Positions 60,705 through 64,000 of a stretch of DNA of 64,000 nt are shown here, piece after piece; positions within the stretch are counted from its first letter, which is position 1; the number at the start of each line of letters is the position of its first letter. The stretch comes from Isurus oxyrinchus. Its lineage: Eukaryota. The notes under the pieces are model-generated. The model did not search any database. It saw nothing but the letters and a program-made list of their open reading frames with translations, and had not been told where the DNA came from. The DNA is taken from contig JANJGN010000031.1 in assembly GCA_026770705.1 (NCBI GenBank), positions 806,001 to 870,000 on the forward strand. The letters are read 5' to 3'. Both the position numbers and the translations under genes were made by a program.

Positions 60705-60940
60705 AAAAAAAGACAGAAAATGCTGGAAAAACTCCGCAGATCCGACGGCATCTGTAGAGTAAGAACCAGTGTTAACATTTCGAGTCCGTGTGAGTCTTCC
60801 TCAGAGATCTGAAGAAGGGTCATACAGACTTGAAATGTTAACACTTTCTCACTCCACAGATGCTGTCAGGCCTGCTGAGTTTTTCCAGCACTTTGTCTTT
60901 ATTTCAGGTTTCCAGCATTCGCTGTGTTTTGCTTTTATTT
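60705..60940. mobile_element. Palindromic (head-to-head) Penelope-derived element with hammerhead-like cores on both strands
   Basis: Arms of ~100 nt inverted around AGATCT at ~60805. CTGAAGA..GAAA on + (60809-60835) and CTGAGGA..GAAA on -. Confidence 0.65.
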
Positions 60941-61209
60941 CCTTCATGTTGAACACTGACTGAGGAGGTACTGAAGGTTACAAGGACACAGAATGTACTA
61001 TGGGTGAGGGACTCGGCAGTAACACTGCTGACTGAGCTGGCCCAGACCTGGAGGACAAACCTGTTGGACCACATCTGTGGTAGGTGGTGAGTGAACCAAC
61101 AAGAGGGAAAAACATTTTTTACTCTGTCCACATCAATGTACCTGTCACAGATGCATCTGTCACGACACTATTAGTAGGAATGATGACGTCACAGTCCTTG
61201 TGGAGACGA

Positions 61210-63378
61210 GGTTTGGGGGAGAGCGGATTTTAGTCAAATAAGGCAGGATCCGGCCAAGGTAGACTGGGAACAGCTACTTGTGGGGAAATCTACAGAGGAG
61301 AAGTGGGGAGCGTACAAAAAGGGAAGGGGGAGGGTACAGGCTCAAAATATTCCCTCTAGGGTGATAGGAAGAAGTAACAAGCCCAGAGAACCATGGATGA
61401 CCAGAGATATTTAGGACACGATCAGAAGGAAAAGAGAGGCTTTTAGCAAGTACAAAGGGAGAAAATCAGCGGAGGCATTAATGGAGTACAGCAAGTGCAG
61501 GGTGGAACTTAAGAAAGCTATTAGGAGAGCAAAGACGGAATATAAGAAAGCTCTCTGGCTGGTAAAAATAGGGAAAATTCCAACATATTCTATAAGTATA
61601 TCAATGGGAAGAGGATAACCAGGGAAAGAATAAGCTCCATTAGGGACCAAGGGGGCAATCTATGGGTGGAGCCAGAGGACATCAGTAGAGTGTTGAACTA
61701 ATTCTTCACATCCATCTGGACCCAAGAGAATGAGGATGAAGGTGTGGAGCTCGGGGATAGAGACTGCAGGGTTCTTAAGCAAATTGATACGGGGAGTGAC
61801 AAGATATTGGAGGTGTTGGCAGGCTTAGAATTAGACAAACCTCCAGGTCCAGATGATTTCTGTCCCAGGCAGCTGAGGGAGGCAAGGGAGCAGATCGCAG
61901 GAACTCTGACCCAAATTTATAATTGCTCTCTGGCCAAGGCGGATGGGCCAGAGAACTGGAGAATAGCTAATGTGGTTCAGCCATTTAAGAAGGGTTGTAG
62001 AGATAAGCCATGGAACTACAAGCCACTGAGTCTCACGTCAGTGGCAGGGAAACTACTGGAGAAAATTTTAAAGGAGAGAATCTATCTCCACTTGGAGAGG
62101 CAATGTCTGATCAGTGATAGTCAGCATGGCCTTGTCAAAGGGAGGCCATGCCTAACAAATTTTATTTTTGAGGATGTGACCAGGTGTATAGATGAGGGTA
62201 GTGCAGTTGATGTAGTTTATATGGATTTCAGCAGAGCCTTTGACAAGGTCCCACATGGGAGACTTACAAAGGTGGCACATGCACATGGGATACAGGGTAA
62301 TTTAATAAGTTGGATGGAAATTTGGCTTTTTTGGAGGAGATGGAGGGTGATAACAGAAGGATGCTTCAGTGACTGGAAGCCAGTGTCCAGTGGTGTGCCA
62401 CAGGGATCTGTGCTGGGTCCTGTATCATTTGTCATTTACATAAATGACATAGATGACTATGTTGGGTGTAGGATTGGTAAGTTTGCGGATGACACAAAGA
62501 TTGGCCAGGTGGTTAGTAGAGAAGTTGTGTGTCTTGGGCTACAGGAAATTATAGACGGGATGGTCAAATGGGCAGATAAGTAACCCTGAAAAGTGTGAGG
62601 TGATGCACTTTGGAAGGAGTAAATTGACAAGGAAGTATTCAATGAATGGCATGACACTAGGAAGTTCTGAGGAACAAAGGGACCTTGGCATTTGTTTCCA
62701 TAGGCCTCTGATGGCAGAGGGGCATGTGAGTGGTGTGGTGAAAAAGGCATATGAGACACTTGCCTTTATCAATCGAGGCATAGATTACAAAAGTAGGGAG
62801 TTCGTGTTGGAATAATATAGAACCTTGGTGAGGCCACAGCTGGAGCACTGTGTGCAGTTCTGGTCGCCACATTAGAGGAAGGATATGATTGCACTGGAGG
62901 GGGTGCAGAGGAGATTCACCAGGCTGTTGCTTGGGATGAAACATTAAAGTTATGGAGAGAGGTTGGACAGATTTGGATTGTTTTCGCTGGAGCAGAGAAG
63001 ACTGAGCAGTGACCTGATCGAAGTGTACAAGATTATGAGGGGCGGAGGCAGGGTGGATAGGGAGCAGCTGTTCCCCTTTATTTGAAGGGTCCGTCACCAG
63101 GGGCCATATGCTCAAGTTGAAGGGCAGAAGGTTTAGGGGGATATGAGGAAAAACTTTTTACCCAGAGGGTGGTGACGTTCTGGAATGCGCTGCCGCGGAG
63201 GGAAGTTGCCTCACATCCTTTAAAAAGTACCTGGATGAGCTCTTGGCCCGTCATAACATTCAAGGTTATGGGCCAAGTGCTGGTAAATGGGATTAGGTAG
63301 GTAGGTCAGTTGTTTCCCACGTGTCGGTGCAGACCCGATGAGCCGAAAGACCTCTTCTACACTGAGTGATTCTGTGAT
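61210..63378 (+). mobile_element. Young CR1 LINE, 5'-truncated ORF2 with 3' tail
   Basis: ORF 61744..62583 with [23 protein letters not shown] and KFADDTK. Tail GTGATTCTGTGA. Confidence 0.93.
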
Positions 63379-64000
63379 CTGTGGTTCTGAGGTCCTGCCT
63401 TCACATTGAAGATACCCTCCATCGTGTTGTGTGCCATTCCCACCTTGCTAAACGGGATAGATTTCAAACTGATCAAGCAGCTGAAAACTGGGCATCCATG
63501 AGACACTGTGGGATATCATTAATAGAATTGAATGTAACCACAGCCTGTAACTTCATGGCCCAACATATCCCCCACACTACCATTGCCACTAATGCAGCCA
63601 ATCAACCCTGGTTCAATGAAGAGTACAGGAGGGCATGCCAGGAGCAGCACCGGACATACCTAAAAATTAAGAGTTAACCTGGTGAAGCTACAACACAGGA
63701 CCACTTGCATGCCAAACAACGGTACAGCTTGCTATAAACTGAGCTGGGCAATCCCACAGGCAACTGGTCAGATCTAAACTCTAGAGTTCGGGAATGGTGA
63801 TGGACAATTGCACAACTAAAAGGAGGAGGAGGTTCCACAAATATTCCCAACACATCAGTGCAAAGGACAAGGCTGAAGGAAAAACAACCATCTTTGGACA
63901 GAAGTGCAGAGTGGGTGATCCATCCCACCCTCCTCCGGAGGTCACCAGCATCACAGAGGCCAGTCTTCAGCTAATCCGATTAACTCCAAGTGATATTAAG

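Larger units (their letters stand above)
59781..64000 (+). mobile_element. tRNA-headed LINE (endonuclease region onward), interrupted by CR1 fragments at 60263-60550 and 61210-63378 and a palindromic repeat at 60705-60940
   Basis: Head with B-box GGTTCAAAT shared with SINE 22217. Endonuclease-like remnants TNI*GLVPK, GYVLTHWQD and QPWFNEEYRRAC (ORF 63381). Confidence 0.65.

Overview
Vertebrate genomic DNA, almost certainly a cartilaginous fish (inferred from shark-type CR1 LINEs, Deu/LF-type tRNA SINEs, Penelope-derived repeats and the V-gene sequences). About three quarters of the window is decayed transposable elements. It holds two host gene systems, both on the + strand. (1) The last three coding exons of a complement C1s-like serine protease: 4508-4627 and 8418-8495 (CCP2, missed by the ORF track) and 9426-10216 (single-exon AGY-type protease domain). 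(2) About 28 kb downstream, a cluster of six T-cell receptor beta-type V segments (38.4-58.9 kb), here called V-a to V-f. V-c and V-f look functional (leader, intron, V exon, 23-RSS). V-a and V-b are TRBV30-like 'CxWS' pseudogenes sharing a 21-nt RSS spacer. V-d lost Cys23 to a self-compensating pair of frameshifts. V-e is a hidden pseudogene whose CDR1 has expanded into a higher-order minisatellite. Between C1s and the V cluster lies a TE stack nested at least six deep: Gmr1-type Gypsy > full-length CR1 > Harbinger > CR1 > Harbinger > CR1 > SINE. No D, J or C segments, RNA genes or CRISPR arrays were seen. I found no clearly new biological system; the most interesting signals are the C1s-TRBV adjacency and the unusual V-segment features. 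All family assignments come from motif recognition, not database searches.
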